The translations under genes were made by a program, and so were the position numbers. The notes below the pieces were generated by a model that searched no databases, was not told the origin of the DNA, and worked only from the letters and a program-made list of their open reading frames with translations. A stretch of DNA of 63,583 nucleotides, the filler included, from Reticulomyxa filosa (lineage: Eukaryota; Protista; Foraminifera): the NCBI GenBank assembly GCA_000512085.1. It is 11 parts of 11 records of this genome, joined end to end, with 100 filler letters (N's around TTAATTAATTAA, not from the genome) between each part and the next. Parts side by side here need not be neighbours in the genome. Positions count along the whole stretch, not along the records: positions 39,177 to 40,700 come from ASPP01024878.1; positions 40,801 to 41,974 come from ASPP01003986.1; positions 42,075 to 44,527 come from ASPP01036685.1; positions 44,628 to 45,682 come from ASPP01009104.1; positions 45,783 to 52,536 come from ASPP01024323.1; positions 52,637 to 53,648 come from ASPP01001284.1; 5 more parts are not named here. The stretch is one strand, 5' to 3'. Shown in pieces: positions 40,661-53,648 of this stretch. Within the stretch, counting starts at the first letter, position 1. Every line of letters begins with the position of its first letter.

Positions 40661-43600
40661 TTTGTCTTCATTTTTCTTTTTTTTTTTTTTTTTTTTTTCC
40701 NNNNNNNNNNNNNNNNNNNNNNNNNNNNNNNNNNNNNNNNNNNNTTAATTAATTAANNNNNNNNNNNNNNNNNNNNNNNNNNNNNNNNNNNNNNNNNNNN
40801 ACTTCCGGAACCGCTTGTATCTGTGGACATAATGCATAAGACGCCCAACAACACTGAAAATGTGACGATTTCACAAAAACCAGCAGCTGGAATTGGTGCC
40901 ACGAATCAACTTCAACAAACGGACACGTTCGATAATCACTTACAAACAAACCTGTCTCCAAACAAAAACAAAGACAGCGAAAGAAAAAATGACAGCACTT
41001 CCATTGGTCCAATCAACAACACTGGCAATAGGGCACCAGAAGAAAGTATATATATATTTTTTTTTTGTAAAAAAAGATTGAAGTGGTGACGTTTTTTGCT
41101 GACTGTGCAAAATCTGCTGACTATGAAAAAAAAATGGGGGTGAAACCTTTTAGAAAAAGGAGCAGAAACGGGAAATGAGCAACGAATTGGTTGTTTGATC
41201 GAATGTCACTATGTGGAGACGATGCAATGGATTTGGCAACGATTTATATCCGTGTTCGTGTGGACAAGAGACAAAAGGAGAAAACATGATTTGGTATGTG
41301 ATAGAATCAAAGGATGATAATCTGATGGAATTGTTGCGACATGATTTGATTGTGAACAGTGGAATAAAAATGTAAGAAAAAGTTTTTAAGAAATCGACAC
41401 AAATCAATTGGGGCAAATTTTTGCATTCACTTGGAACACACATGAATATCCAAAACATGGACAATGTCTCGAATTGAAAGAATGTCCCTGGTAGTAGCAT
41501 TACATACTGCAACAGCGACAGCAACAGCAGTCAGGTCGCACTGCAAGACAATCATCCTCTTTGCTCCAACTGTCCCACCACGCTACAGCTGACCACAACG
41601 TGTCGGCCAACGACCCACTCGCATGGGGGGGAAGAAAGAGAAATAATAGTGCTTGAAGAAGGAGAGGTACCTGAAACAACGCAGACAATTGACAAGGCAA
41701 ATTCAAAACACTTGACTTGGCCGAATGAGAAAGCTGCAAATAAATCCCTCGTCGGAAATTGCCGACCCGATTTTGTGACGCGGACAATCCGCAGACAAGC
41801 CATCCGACACTGGCCAATAGCACTCCTTTGTCCTTGACATATGGCAGTCTTCAATCTCATTCCAGCACCTAGTGCTGCATTGTCCCAGACATCGCATCTT
41901 CATCTTTACAAAACGGATCCAAAAGAGCTCGTGAAGGGTAATACTTTTTTTGTTTGCTTTTTTTCCTCTCTCTCNNNNNNNNNNNNNNNNNNNNNNNNNN
42001 NNNNNNNNNNNNNNNNNNTTAATTAATTAANNNNNNNNNNNNNNNNNNNNNNNNNNNNNNNNNNNNNNNNNNNNTGCTGTTCGCAGACACTAGACAATAT
42101 CGCCGCTCAAATTGCTTGTTCGCCAAATTCGTGCTACCACAGGCAATCAAATACCAAATATGATCAACCAACTTATTATAATACAACTTCAAATTTGTCA
42201 ATATCATCGTCGTCGGATAAGTGTATTATTGGGTAAAGGTACTTCTGGAATACTATTTGGATGTAATTGCACGTAGCAACGTTCTGCGAACAGAGGGATC
42301 GAAATCAGGCAAAGCAATTTTAGAAATTTCTTAACAAATTAGCCAATTTGTAGCTCGGGAGCAAGTAACAATTACATCGCTGCCACATCGAGGTGAAGGA
42401 AGTGGCATAAATCCATATATGTCGACAGAACGCAGCGCAATTGTATCATTACTCAAATCGGTCTTTTCTTGATGCTTATCACAATTACATATCAAAAGTG
42501 TATTTTGTGATAAAATTACACAGTCAAAGAAAGGAACGAGAAAACAGTTGTACCAGAGTTGTTATAGTGGATACGCCTTTAGACAATGATGGAGATATTC
42601 AAGTGGGTGCATATTCAATGGGTGGAAACTTCCTTGGGCATGCAATCCTGCAATTATTCAAATTCAAACAATGAATAACCCAGAATAATGGGGGACTGAG
42701 AGAGGGAAAGCATAGAAAATAGAAAGAAAATAAAAGAAAGAGATCAGAAGTGAAGGAATCAGCTCTATTTGAATGTTGGTGTTATGTATGTTGTTTGCAT
42801 CCTATTTTCAGTGGTTGTAATATACAATGTGAACATTGACTCTTTCATTGTGAAGTTTTTTGCTTTAGATAGTGAGAAGGAAAAAAGAAACGAAAGAGAA
42901 GAGGCAAAAGTATCGACAAATAGCGACAATGTGAAAATTGCAATAAATCTTATGGAAGTGAAACAACGATAACAACGTATCGATAAAAGAAGTATGAACC
43001 TATTGTGAGAAGCAAGTCATATGCCCACGTCCACACGGAGACAATGTGGATGAAGATGACAACACAATAATCCCTTGGATGTGCGTCGCGTTTTTTATCA
43101 AGCCCATATATGCGTTATCGAAATTGATCAAGAGCAAAACTTTCCAAATTCATTGCAGTTAAACATTTATTACTGTTGTCTTTTTAAGCAATTTAAATTA
43201 ATTGATGTTTTCTCTATCTAATATTACAAAAACTAGGATATACTAACTTTCGCAGATGTTATAATAGAAACGAAATCTCAACAAATTGAAAGTGCAGGAA
43301 TATTTGGCAGCCTCCACTTTGCAATGAAACAGCATGAACAAAAAATACTCGTCGTGGAATTAGTGCAAAGATGCAGCTTGGATTTTCATAATTATAAACT
43401 TTGGCTTTTGTTGTGAGATTTGGCATGCTCCAAGATGCTAAAATCAGCTATAAGTCACTACAAGTATTTAATGTCGAGTGCATTTAGTGGAAAATGCAAC
43501 TCAATATACAGCAAGTGAAAAAGAATGTATTATCCTTGTTTTTGAAATAGTAAAAGTGAGATTTAATGTTAAGTAATATATGTTAATACACTTTATTTCT

Positions 43601-44627
43601 CTTTCTCTTTCTCTATCTGTCTCTGATATTCTGATGTAAGAAGGTATATCACATTTGATTAATATAAAGATATCATTAAGAAGCGAATGAATATCGTCTC
43701 TAATCAAGTGAAACAGCATCAGATGACGATGCGTGCAGCTATTACAATCAAAAGGGCCTGGTTGTGCGATCCTTTAATCAAGTGAAAAAGAAAAGAGTTC
43801 AAGGAAAGATACTTGTTTATTCCATCAAATAACTCAACAAAATTCAATTATCGATCATATGAAAAATTAAATATTTAATCTAAAATTTTGTAATTTTTGA
43901 AAAAAAAAGAACTAATTTTGATTGTTTTTTGTTTGAAAACATAATCTGTTTTTCTGGAGATTCCCAAATTGATTGAACATCTAAATTACTCAAAGCATTC
44001 GGAAAAAATATTTACAGAGAATATACAAGATAATATTTCAAGAAGCATTGTGAATCCATTTAATTTTTTTATATGAAAGCCTTAACAAAACCAAAATCAT
44101 AACCAATCTTTAAAAAGCACAAATCATGTTGAGCTCATATGCCAAAATTTACTTCGTCAAGATTAGTTCAAATTGTTCGGCCTATCTTCAAAAAAAAAGA
44201 CTTTCTCTCTACACAAACTAGATATTTAACAACGTAATTTACAAAGCGTTGAAAAAATGAAAGGATAAAAATGGAATGTTTTCAAAGAAAAAACAAAATG
44301 TTAACAAGAAAAAAAAAATCAAGTAATTCATCACTGAGTGACAAACAAAATGAAATTGATTTTTATCAAAATAAATTAAAAACGCACCAAAAATTTCAAA
44401 TAAGTATTTTTACTGATTTGTCTAACGACAATGTTTTGTTTAATTAAATCAAAACGTTATTTGCTTCAGTGTCGTTTTAATTGCACATTTCTTGTTGGAA
44501 AATTTATCTTATCCCCAAATACGAATTNNNNNNNNNNNNNNNNNNNNNNNNNNNNNNNNNNNNNNNNNNNNTTAATTAATTAANNNNNNNNNNNNNNNNN
44601 NNNNNNNNNNNNNNNNNNNNNNNNNNN

Positions 44628-44662
<35 letters not shown>

Positions 44663-44675
44663 ACAAAGACAAAAC

Positions 44676-45635
44676 ATTTTGGACAGCAGTGTCTCTTTTT
44701 GTGATTTGATGAGTTCGTTCATTCGAGGCGTGAAGTCACCGTCTCTTATCGTTTCTCTTTCCATCTCCCTATTTGTTTGTTGTATTGCGTCTCGCGTTTT
44801 GTCACGCGTGTATGTGGAACACGCGAGTTTTTAATTGCAAACAATGTGATGCGTATATACCTTTGTGCTACTTGTTGTTGAAGCATAACTCGGGCACTGT
44901 TCAATCACACGCATTCATTTTATTTTTTTTAAAACAACGGAGTTTTCTTTTTTTTTTTTTAAAAAAAAAAATTTTAAAAAAATAAAATACACTCGTACTC
45001 GCGCTCTTTTTCCAGCTCTGCTTGAATGCTTTATGATAACGGTTGATCACATGCACGCACCACATATAAATCAAACCATGTTGCGAGAAAACGTGTGTGT
45101 GTATATGTGGTGGACAGTTATTATTATTGGAAAGGGAAGGAAGGAAGGAAGAGAACAAGACAAAAAGAAGAAAAAGAAATAAAGTGTCAACTCGGAATAA
45201 TTTTGTTGCAGTTGTTCTAATTTGGCCTCATAACTTTCAGAGAGATTTGTCAACGATGTTTGATGCTCACTTTTTTTCATTTCAAAAAAAAACAAATCAA
45301 TATATACACATATATATATATATGTTATATACATATATATATATACACACATATTGATTTGTTTTGTTTTTTTTTTTCAAACCAATCTTTTTTTTAAGGG
45401 CAAAGACCGACCCTTTCCTTCTTTTGAGTCTCAGGAGATATTAGTGAACAGTAACAAGGGGACCCCCCCCCTTCGTTACCACCGACAAAAAAGTAAAAAA
45501 AAAAAAAAAAAAAATTTAACGAGTCGCTTTCATGTTCTTCGTCTTCCTCCTCGTCGTGTTCGTGACTTCCATCTTTGTCGGCTTGATCTGTTTCCGTCAC
45601 TGTGTCCGCTTCTTTACTGTCTTCATTCAATGACT
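44676..45635 (-). CDS. Fragment of a multi-exon acidic/coiled-coil protein
   Basis: Exon-like pieces MNEDSKEADTVTET...EEEDEEHESDS, SEHQTSLTNLSESYEAKLEQLQQNYSE and MERETIRDGDFTPRMNELIKSQKETLLSKMF, separated by poly-A/T introns. Confidence 0.45.
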
Positions 45636-45782
45636 GACATTTTTTATTTGTTCATTTTTTTTTTTTTTTTTTTTTTTTTTTTNNNNNNNNNNNNNNNNNN
45701 NNNNNNNNNNNNNNNNNNNNNNNNNNTTAATTAATTAANNNNNNNNNNNNNNNNNNNNNNNNNNNNNNNNNNNNNNNNNNNN

Positions 45783-46841
45783 TATTGAACAAGAGTTAAA
45801 AACCAGGCTTGAGAACATTAATAAATATATCAATACATATACTTATATGTGTGAGAAAAAAAACCAATTAAGATAATTATTACAAATAAAGGAATATGTT
45901 AAGGTGACTCTGACTCACCAATTGTTGCTCAACTTGTCCGTCTATACTTCGAAATGGAGTATTTCTCAAGGAAACAAACAAATAATAAAACATCGCCTAT
46001 CAAAATATATGGATATTTAGACGATGTCATCTTTATTATTAACAAGGAAATACCATTTAAAACATTCATTAACGAAACATTAAAAGATCTATACGATCCG
46101 TTATGGCAAGTTAAAGTCGCAATATCCAACAAGACAAAATTTCTAGATATAATTCTAGAGACATCATACAAAAATCTATCATTGGAAATAAACTTTCCCG
46201 AAATTGCCAAGGAAGTTCAAGAAGCACCAAAAAACTTCCCGAAAAAATTTCAAGAAATAAATACATCAATGATTATTTCATATGAAATCGTCATAAAAGA
46301 AAACGCTCCAATGACAATAATATATTCCCCACATACAAAGCCGGAATTAAACAACAAGCAACGATATGCACATCCAGCATCTTATGGAAAAAAGTCATGG
46401 TACAAGCAAAATTGTTACAATTCTGCACTGAGAATGTACCGGCTATCTCGAAATAAAGAAGTATTCGATAAAGCCATACATGAGACAAGGCTCCAATTAA
46501 TTAATTGTGGCTTCAACCTCTTCAATACTACTAAATTTACATATAAATTCTTTTTAACTCAAAAACCAAAGCTCAAGAAAGAATATAAAAATTATAGTGA
46601 ATGTTTACGAATCTACATCCCATTTGACACAAATACTGATCGTACATTTATAAAGAACACAATAAAGAAATATAATCCACTAACTCAGACACAGATCTCA
46701 TATAGAAAAAATACAAATGTATCGCAAATAATCAAAAACATTTTAAATCAAATAAATAAAAAATCAAAAGATAAAAATAAAGCAAAACTAGACTTTATTA
46801 TATCAATCATCCATCAAGATAATATAAACTGGGAAAGCTGA
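45783..46841 (+). mobile_element. Penelope-like retroelement RT, 3' half, without GIY-YIG endonuclease; inactivated
   Basis: NKGIC*GDSDSPIVAQL (motif B', TAA at 45900 where Q is expected), YGYLDDVIFI (catalytic), KFLDI (motif E), HPASYGKK...SALRMYRLS...LINCGF (PLE thumb), IYIPFD. Stop at 46841 with no nuclease domain. Confidence 0.8.
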
Positions 46842-47282
46842 ACCTCTTGACCAAAGGGTCTCACCAAAGAAAAAACAAACTCTTAACTTTTTTGTTACTT
46901 TTTTTATTACCTTTTGCAATTGTCTGAAAAGACAAAATTGCCTTCAAACCAGCTAAATCATTGGTAGGCCAGAACTAAAAACTTAAAAGGAGATGACAAA
47001 GACCATGTCTCTTGCCATCCCTTTGTTTTTGTTTGTTATTTTGTTTTGTTTTGATTTGACTAGCTTATGGTTTATTATACCTTCAAAGCTATGAAGTAAA
47101 AAATACGTTTTTCTCGTTTTGTTTTGAAACATGTTGTTATAACATGTTATGTGTGTATGTTTTCTTTTCCTTTTTTAATTAAAAATATTGGCCCAAAAGT
47201 TGTAAAGTCGTCACCGACGAAGGCCTAACAAAAAGAATTTAAAGAAAAAAGAATTTTTCTACCGCTCTCCCGCAAAATCGCA

Positions 47283-48996
47283 ATGACTTCAAAGTCAACT
47301 ACTCCAAAAGCCGCTGGTCCTGCCAACGCTGACAGTACCATGCAAGAAAAAAATTTGCAATTGTTGCAAGCACAGCCAGAACCACTGGTTCAGTCCTTGC
47401 CGTTAGGAAAAAACCCTTCTGGCAATGCTCTTGAGTCTAGTGGAAAAAAGGTACTCGTGGAACACATGGATCAAGATGATACACTAAGTACAACTGTGCC
47501 CTTGACTCCGCCTAGTAAAAATGACAACGGAGATGACGATGATGAAGACTTCATCGAAGCAGAAGAAGCAAAAGATGCTGAAAAAGACAAAGAAAATCAA
47601 GATGCCATTTTCTTTGTCTCAAGCATCATGTCATCTTTGTTTGAAAATTTCCCACCTGCCTACCAGACCCAAGTCATTGAACAAAATTGCGACCCCATGG
47701 TTAACACTATTTTTTACCAAAAAAGTGTTAACATTATTACCTTTGAACAAGAAATAGAGATCTCCAAAGAATACGAACAACACTCCGGTATGATTGAAGC
47801 TCTATCATTTGATATCCTGACTCAATTATCGTCTGTCGAAGGAACCAGCTTACTTCGACAAGATTTTTCACGGGTCATGAAGCTATATGACGCTGTTCGC
47901 AAATATCAAAAGAAAACACAAAGATAATTACTGAAAAAATCCAAAGTATTAATCATTCAGGAAGCAACAAAAAAGATGCTGAAAGTCGGCTTCTCGAATT
48001 ATCCAAATCCGAAGAACAAACAAGTGGAAAAACCAATAAAGAAACAGCTTTGATCCAACAATGTCAAGCTATTATCGATGGTGACAACAAAGTGCTAGAC
48101 TGTCTCAAAGCCTTCGATAAATTCATGAAAAGCCTTATGCTTCGATATATTACTATTCAGACAAACCTGCTTTTCATTATTCAATTATTACTATTATATA
48201 AAGAAATACAAGACCTGATTGACAAAACCAAAAGATTTCCAAAATTTAATCCCAATATTTTGGTGATTGACTCAACGGAAATTAAAAAGTCCATTATCGA
48301 AGAAATTAAAAATTATCATAAATTTAACCGACAAATCCCAGAAGGAATTATCAACTTTACCGTGTCCCCTGTCAACATCGCATTATCAAAAGAATTTGCT
48401 CAAATAGGCACCAGCTTATCTACAACAGATCATCCCATATCGCAATATCAACGGACCACCAAATTTAAAGAAAGTTTCTTTCTTTTACAAAAGCAAAAAA
48501 ATGCCGTCTCTACATGTCCATTAATATTCTCAAACAACTTGCCAAGAATCCAACCCCCGAAATGCTACAAAAATACAAGGAAAATATCTTCGCCGCATTT
48601 GAAATTCAACAATGGGAAAAGAGTTTCTCGGAAATAGAAATGTTTCCGCAATTGTTGATTAACTTTGGGGAAAAGCCCGGAAGTCTCCCGAAAAGGCAAA
48701 CTGGGTTTATCGATAGCGAGTTTCGCGCTCGAAGCATCCCGTTTACTGGCAAACGACATTATCCAGAAAATTTGACCGATTTGCCGCGATTGTCCCGATG
48801 ATTGGCGGAAACATTTGACGTGGTCAGTAAAAAATTGAACAACAAATTTTGTGATTATGTCAAGAGTCGTTCCGCAATTGACGAGAACTCGTTCTTACAA
48901 GATGTATGTCCTTTGATTCTGGAAAATTTCTTTGATCCTTACGCCAAAGTCGAAGCCAATTATTTTGAAGGGTTATTGGAGTCTCATGGAATGTAG
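47283..48996 (+). pseudogene. Intronless ~570-codon ORF broken by two frameshifts (~47910, ~48480) and a TGA (48799); probable accessory ORF of the retroelement
   Basis: ORFs 47283, 48050 (frame open from ~47900), 48514 and 48802 chain together without splice signals; co-oriented with the RT, 440 bp downstream. Confidence 0.55.
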
Positions 48997-50278
48997 TACT
49001 ATCATCTTTAAAATATAGTTTTTTTAGGAAACATGTATGCATCAAATGAATTAGAAAATACGATATTATCTGCATCAGTTAATAGTTTTTCTTTTTTGAA
49101 AAAAAAAGGTGACTTACAAGAACCATACAAAATCTTATTGACTTGTGATATGTAAACCAACAGACACTAAATTAAACAAAGTCATAAGCAATAAAAAATA
49201 GCATATACAAAAAAATATCATCAACAACTACAACAAATTATACTAAGTTTTTAATTGAACATGTAAAAATAAAAAATCGTCTAGCACTACAACAAAAAGT
49301 AAATATGCATCAATTATTCAAATACGAGCAAATACGACAAAAAAAAAAACCAACCACAACTTTCAACTATTATTACTAAAATATACAAATTTAAAAATAA
49401 AAAAAAAACAAAAAAAAAGAAAAATTAGTCATGCGAACCAATTTTTTAATTTTTGGCGTTATTTAAGTTTTTTTTTTTGCAATGTAAAAAGTAAGCTTAA
49501 TGAAAAAACGCATTTTTATTGATAATAGAGATTCCAAAAAGGTTTTTTTGTTTGATATTCGGATTCTCCACGAAAAATTGCACTAGAAAATACTTTTTAT
49601 TTTTATAAATATAAAAATTAATAATAGAAGTTATATTTAGTTACGTGCAAGCGGATTTTGCAATGATAAGTTTATTGCGTTTAAATTGCAGAAGTTGATG
49701 TTTAAAGTGCAAGACTGTACGTTAGTATTTGAGTAGTTGCTGAATTTGTGAATATAAAAAGCAGATTGGTGATGTGTAAGCAAAAGCACAAGAAAGAATG
49801 CATTGTTTTTTTTTTTGTTTTCAAAGCCAACAACTTATTTTTATATATAAATGGAATGAACAAATTGCAGACTTTTCAAGATAAAAAAAAATTATTAATT
49901 TACGTGAACGTGAATTGTCTGATGATTTTTATGTCACGAGTATGTGTTTTGATAATAAAGAGGTAATTTATATTTTGGATAACAGAAACACAATTTATTG
50001 CATTGCTTTGAATACTGACTTGTTCAATCATGAATGGATGTAAATGAAAGCAAATCATCATGGGTTTCGAAGGAAAGACTTACACGCATGCACTAAGGTA
50101 AATCGTGACACTAAAAAATATTTACTTCTTTGGATTGATAATGTGAGCCCCCTTATGATTGATTGAACAAACAAGCAAATTCACCTAAAAGATGTTTTTA
50201 AATTAGTGAAAAATCATAGTTCTTCCAGAAATTAAATCGATTTTATAAGGCAAATGATTATGCAATTTCCAATGCAAA

Positions 50279-50720
50279 TTGCCAGCGTATCTGGCGGCGA
50301 CTTTGTTACTTCACAATGACGAAAATTATCAGGCACGTTATACACGTTGCACCACAAACAGCAGTTTTGTTGAATGTGTTCGATCTGGAAGTTATGATGC
50401 ACTAATCAACTCGTGGCAAGGCAAAATTCGAGTAATAACTAGTATGGGAAACAATCCACTGGCAAGTCTTACATGTTAAATCATTTGCTTGGATGCAAAT
50501 TCAGTATTTCTTGGTTTGGGTTACTACAAGGATTATTGGAGATATGTTATACGTCATTTTAGAATTTGAAGGATTATGATAATTTGAACGATCTCCTCAA
50601 GAAGATGCTCTTTTATCTTTATTTAATGCATCTATTTCGAATTGCACTGTATTCAAATGTAAAAATCGTTTTAGTCAAGATATTACCAAAATATTTGAGA
50701 ACATGATGACAGTGGCAAAT
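50279..50720 (+). pseudogene. Decayed GBP/RHD3/VLIG-type large GTPase
   Basis: Across frameshifts: IRVITSMG/KQSTGKSYMLNHLLGCKF (P-loop) ... YVILEFEGL**FERSPQEDALLSLFNASISN (G3-like DxEG region). Confidence 0.75.
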
Positions 50721-50924
50721 TGTTCAGATGTTATTTGTCATTGTCGTCAAAGAACAAAGTAGTGAAATTGAACATAATTGCTTGACTGTTGTCAATTGCG
50801 TGCTCTGCGCAATATTGTCCAAGGTGGCATTTCCTAGTTGTATGCCAGCTTGGCTGACCTCAATTGTGAGAATTTCTCTCATTTTATTTGTAAAAATTAA
50901 ACGACATATGAAAATAAACCAGAA

Positions 50925-51390
50925 AAAACGAACAAAAAAAAAAGGAACTTATAAACTCCCTTTCTTTTAAAAAACTAAAGGATGTTATAGGAAAAGTGTG
51001 TTAGTACTTTCAGCACACGCATTTTACATGGGCGATGGTGATAATGTGTCTGATCCGTGATCGGTTGTTGTTAATTTGTTTGTATCTTATTGTAAAACAA
51101 ACTCAAATAAAATCCCCAAAAAAACAAAACCAAAGGGGGGTACCCGTTTAGAATATGTAAATGAAAGCAATATCAAAAAGATGAAATACGATGAAATAAT
51201 GGCATTGGTTGGTACTGAAGTGATACAACAGTTTTCATTTTTTGTAAGTATGTTGTTAATCACTTATTTGTATTTGTGTACACATGCATATACAAATCGT
51301 ACGTATATATAATATTTTGTTTTTTTTGCACGTATAATAAAAAAAGGCACACCAAATAAAAAACAGAATTGGAGCAACAGCGCAGGCGAA
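50925..51390 (+). pseudogene. PDZ-like gene copy with two internal deletions
   Basis: KGGTRLEYVNESNIKKMKYDEIMALVG; collinear with 52680-53620 but missing two blocks. Confidence 0.55.
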
Positions 51391-52079
51391 AGAATAAAAC
51401 AAATGGAAGGTGATGTGTAATGGTGTAATAAATAAATCTTGCACCCAAAAACGATAATTAAATAAACCAATTGAAGCCTTTAATTTGGAAATTTTTAATA
51501 CAATTGCCGAAATTAACAATGACTTTCTGTCGAAAGCACCTGTCAAAAATACAAGAAAATCCCGATGTGGCTGTGCGTTTATGGTTGATTATCGATCGTT
51601 CATTGCAATTGACATCAGTCGCTCCACACAGTCGTTGATTAGAATATCTTGGTGTTTGTGGAGATCCACCAGAGGCATCTAGTAGAAAGCAATATTGCGA
51701 TGAGGGGTTTATTGTTTTTTGCAAAAGGGGCAAGAAAATATGAACGAAAAAGAAAACGAAGATTGTACGACCACGGAATTTGTAGAGACCAATGATTGAA
51801 GTGAAAAGTGAAAAACTATCACCACATTTCCTCTTTATTTTTGTTACTGTTTTCCTATCCATTGGCATTAGCATTGGCATTTGTATTTGTATTTACACTT
51901 GTTTTTTTTTAGCTGCTTTGTCTTTGCTATTCTTTTTGTCGACGGCTGCGTCATTGTCATTATTCTTGTACTTACCTTTCATTGCCTTCATCTTATTGTC
52001 TTCTTCATCATTCAAGGCCATGGCCTTCTTGTACTCGGGCGTGCTCATAGTCATCGCACCAGCTCTTTTATGTGCGCAT

Positions 52080-52536
52080 TGAGATATGCTTCTCCGTTTC
52101 CATCTGCTTAATCTACGCGAAGCAGCAACTTGGAGCACGTCACTGCGCCTCGAGGAACACTGTCACAGTTTGGCGAATGAAATGCAGCACGTTCACGTCG
52201 ACGTCGGGCAGTTGAATATGGCCAATGCGCGAAGCGCAAGTTTTATCAGTTCGGGTGGGGGTGAGGGACTGTACTTTATTGTTGTGGCGAAACAAGCTGG
52301 ACTAGTTTAATGGAGACTTGTAGACAATGAGTCTTCACTGACTCGTGCGACTAATCTTTTGGTTTTTAAAAAAGATTTAAAGATATATATATACATATAT
52401 ATACATGTACATGCATGTACATTTTGCACCTGCTGATGCGGAGGACAAACGGCAAATACGACTGTTCCAATACTTTTTCAGATGCTTTCAGCAACTGCGT
52501 CAAGTCAGAAGCGTTCAATAGATATTCATCAGTGTC
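52080..52536 (-). pseudogene. Possible TOR-like HEAT-repeat fragment, degenerate
   Basis: With one frameshift it reads PELIKLALRALAIFN/LPDVDVNVLHFIRQTVTVFLEAQ*, resembling the TOR segment LALRTLGSF...FVR....FL; flanked by stops. Confidence 0.4.
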
Positions 52537-53013
52537 NNNNNNNNNNNNNNNNNNNNNNNNNNNNNNNNNNNNNNNNNNNNTTAATTAATTAANNNNNNNN
52601 NNNNNNNNNNNNNNNNNNNNNNNNNNNNNNNNNNNNTAGTTGTAATAAAAACAACAACAATTAAAGGACACTAAAAAAAAACCAAACGAGCAAAAAAAAA
52701 GGAACTCAAAAACTCCCCTTCTTTTCAAAAACTAAGGGGGGAGTTCTTCCAGATTGAGACTAAACTGCACTGTTGTTTGTTTCATACAACTTACAAAAAA
52801 AAATACTTTTTCAAGTACTCTTGACGTTTTCACGTCTTTCTTTTATTTTTCTTTTTTCTGCGCACTTTTTTACTATTTATTTAGTTGCCACTGCATAATT
52901 TGGGCTATATGAAAAGTGTGTTAGTACTTTTAGCACACAAAGTGTTTTTACAGTTTCGACGTTAGCCCTTTTGAAAGCTTTCAGCAAGTGACGATCTGCT
53001 AACGTGGAAATCT

Positions 53014-53648
53014 ATGCGTTTTGAAAATGAACTTGTGGAACATTTTTCTTTTTCCAACAATGAGGATTTGGCAGCAAACGATTTTGATTCAACTAACGAC
53101 ACCAAACTTGACCAAGTGCCCAAAAAAACGTACAAAGTTACCGTTGAGCGCCCTCAGCTGCGCCGCTTGCAGTTGTTGCTTTATCCCGAATTTGAGCATT
53201 GCGACGCATTTTAGATGGGCGATGGTGATGACGTGTCTGACCCGTGGTCGAGTGTTCCTTGTTAATTTGTTTGTATCTTATTGTAAAACAAACTCAAATA
53301 AAATCCCCAAAAAAACAAAGGGGGTGCCCGTTTAGAATATGTAAATGAAAGCAATGTCGAAAAGATGAAATACGAGGAAATAATGGCATTGATCGGTACT
53401 AAAGTGATACAACGATCAAAAATCCAGTTTTCATTTTCTGTGAGTATGTTGTCAATCACTTATTTGTACTTGTGCATACATGTATATGTATATGTGTATA
53501 TGTACATATGCATATACACATCATATGCCTATATAATGTTTTGTTTTTTTTTTGCACGTACAATAAAAAAAAAAAAAAGGTGCATCAAATAAGAAACAGA
53601 ATTTGCGCAACAGCGCCAGGTGTGTTAAAGGTATACCACGTGAAAGAG
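53014..53648 (+). pseudogene. PDZ-like domain gene with in-frame TAG at 53212-53214
   Basis: YKVTVERPQLRRLQLLLYPEFEHCDAF*MGDGDDVSDPW..|GARLEYVNESNVEKMKYEEIMALIG; the paralog at ~51025 has TAC at the stop position. Confidence 0.55.

Noticed and set aside
45900-45902. TAA at a conserved Gln (also possibly 19228), suggesting TAA=Gln recoding
   Set aside because: SMG1 FATC, the deiodinase-like gene and the EF-hand gene all terminate on TAA at their expected ends; a C-to-T nonsense mutation is simpler.
46960-47230. Canonical hammerhead ribozyme
   Set aside because: Only CCGACGA and GAAC variants flank the GGCC stem; the CUGANGA/GAAA core is absent.
48799-48801. Other in-frame TGA codons (48799, 41835) as selenocysteine
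   Set aside because: No redox-motif context or SECIS seen, and both lie in frameshifted or degenerate ORFs.
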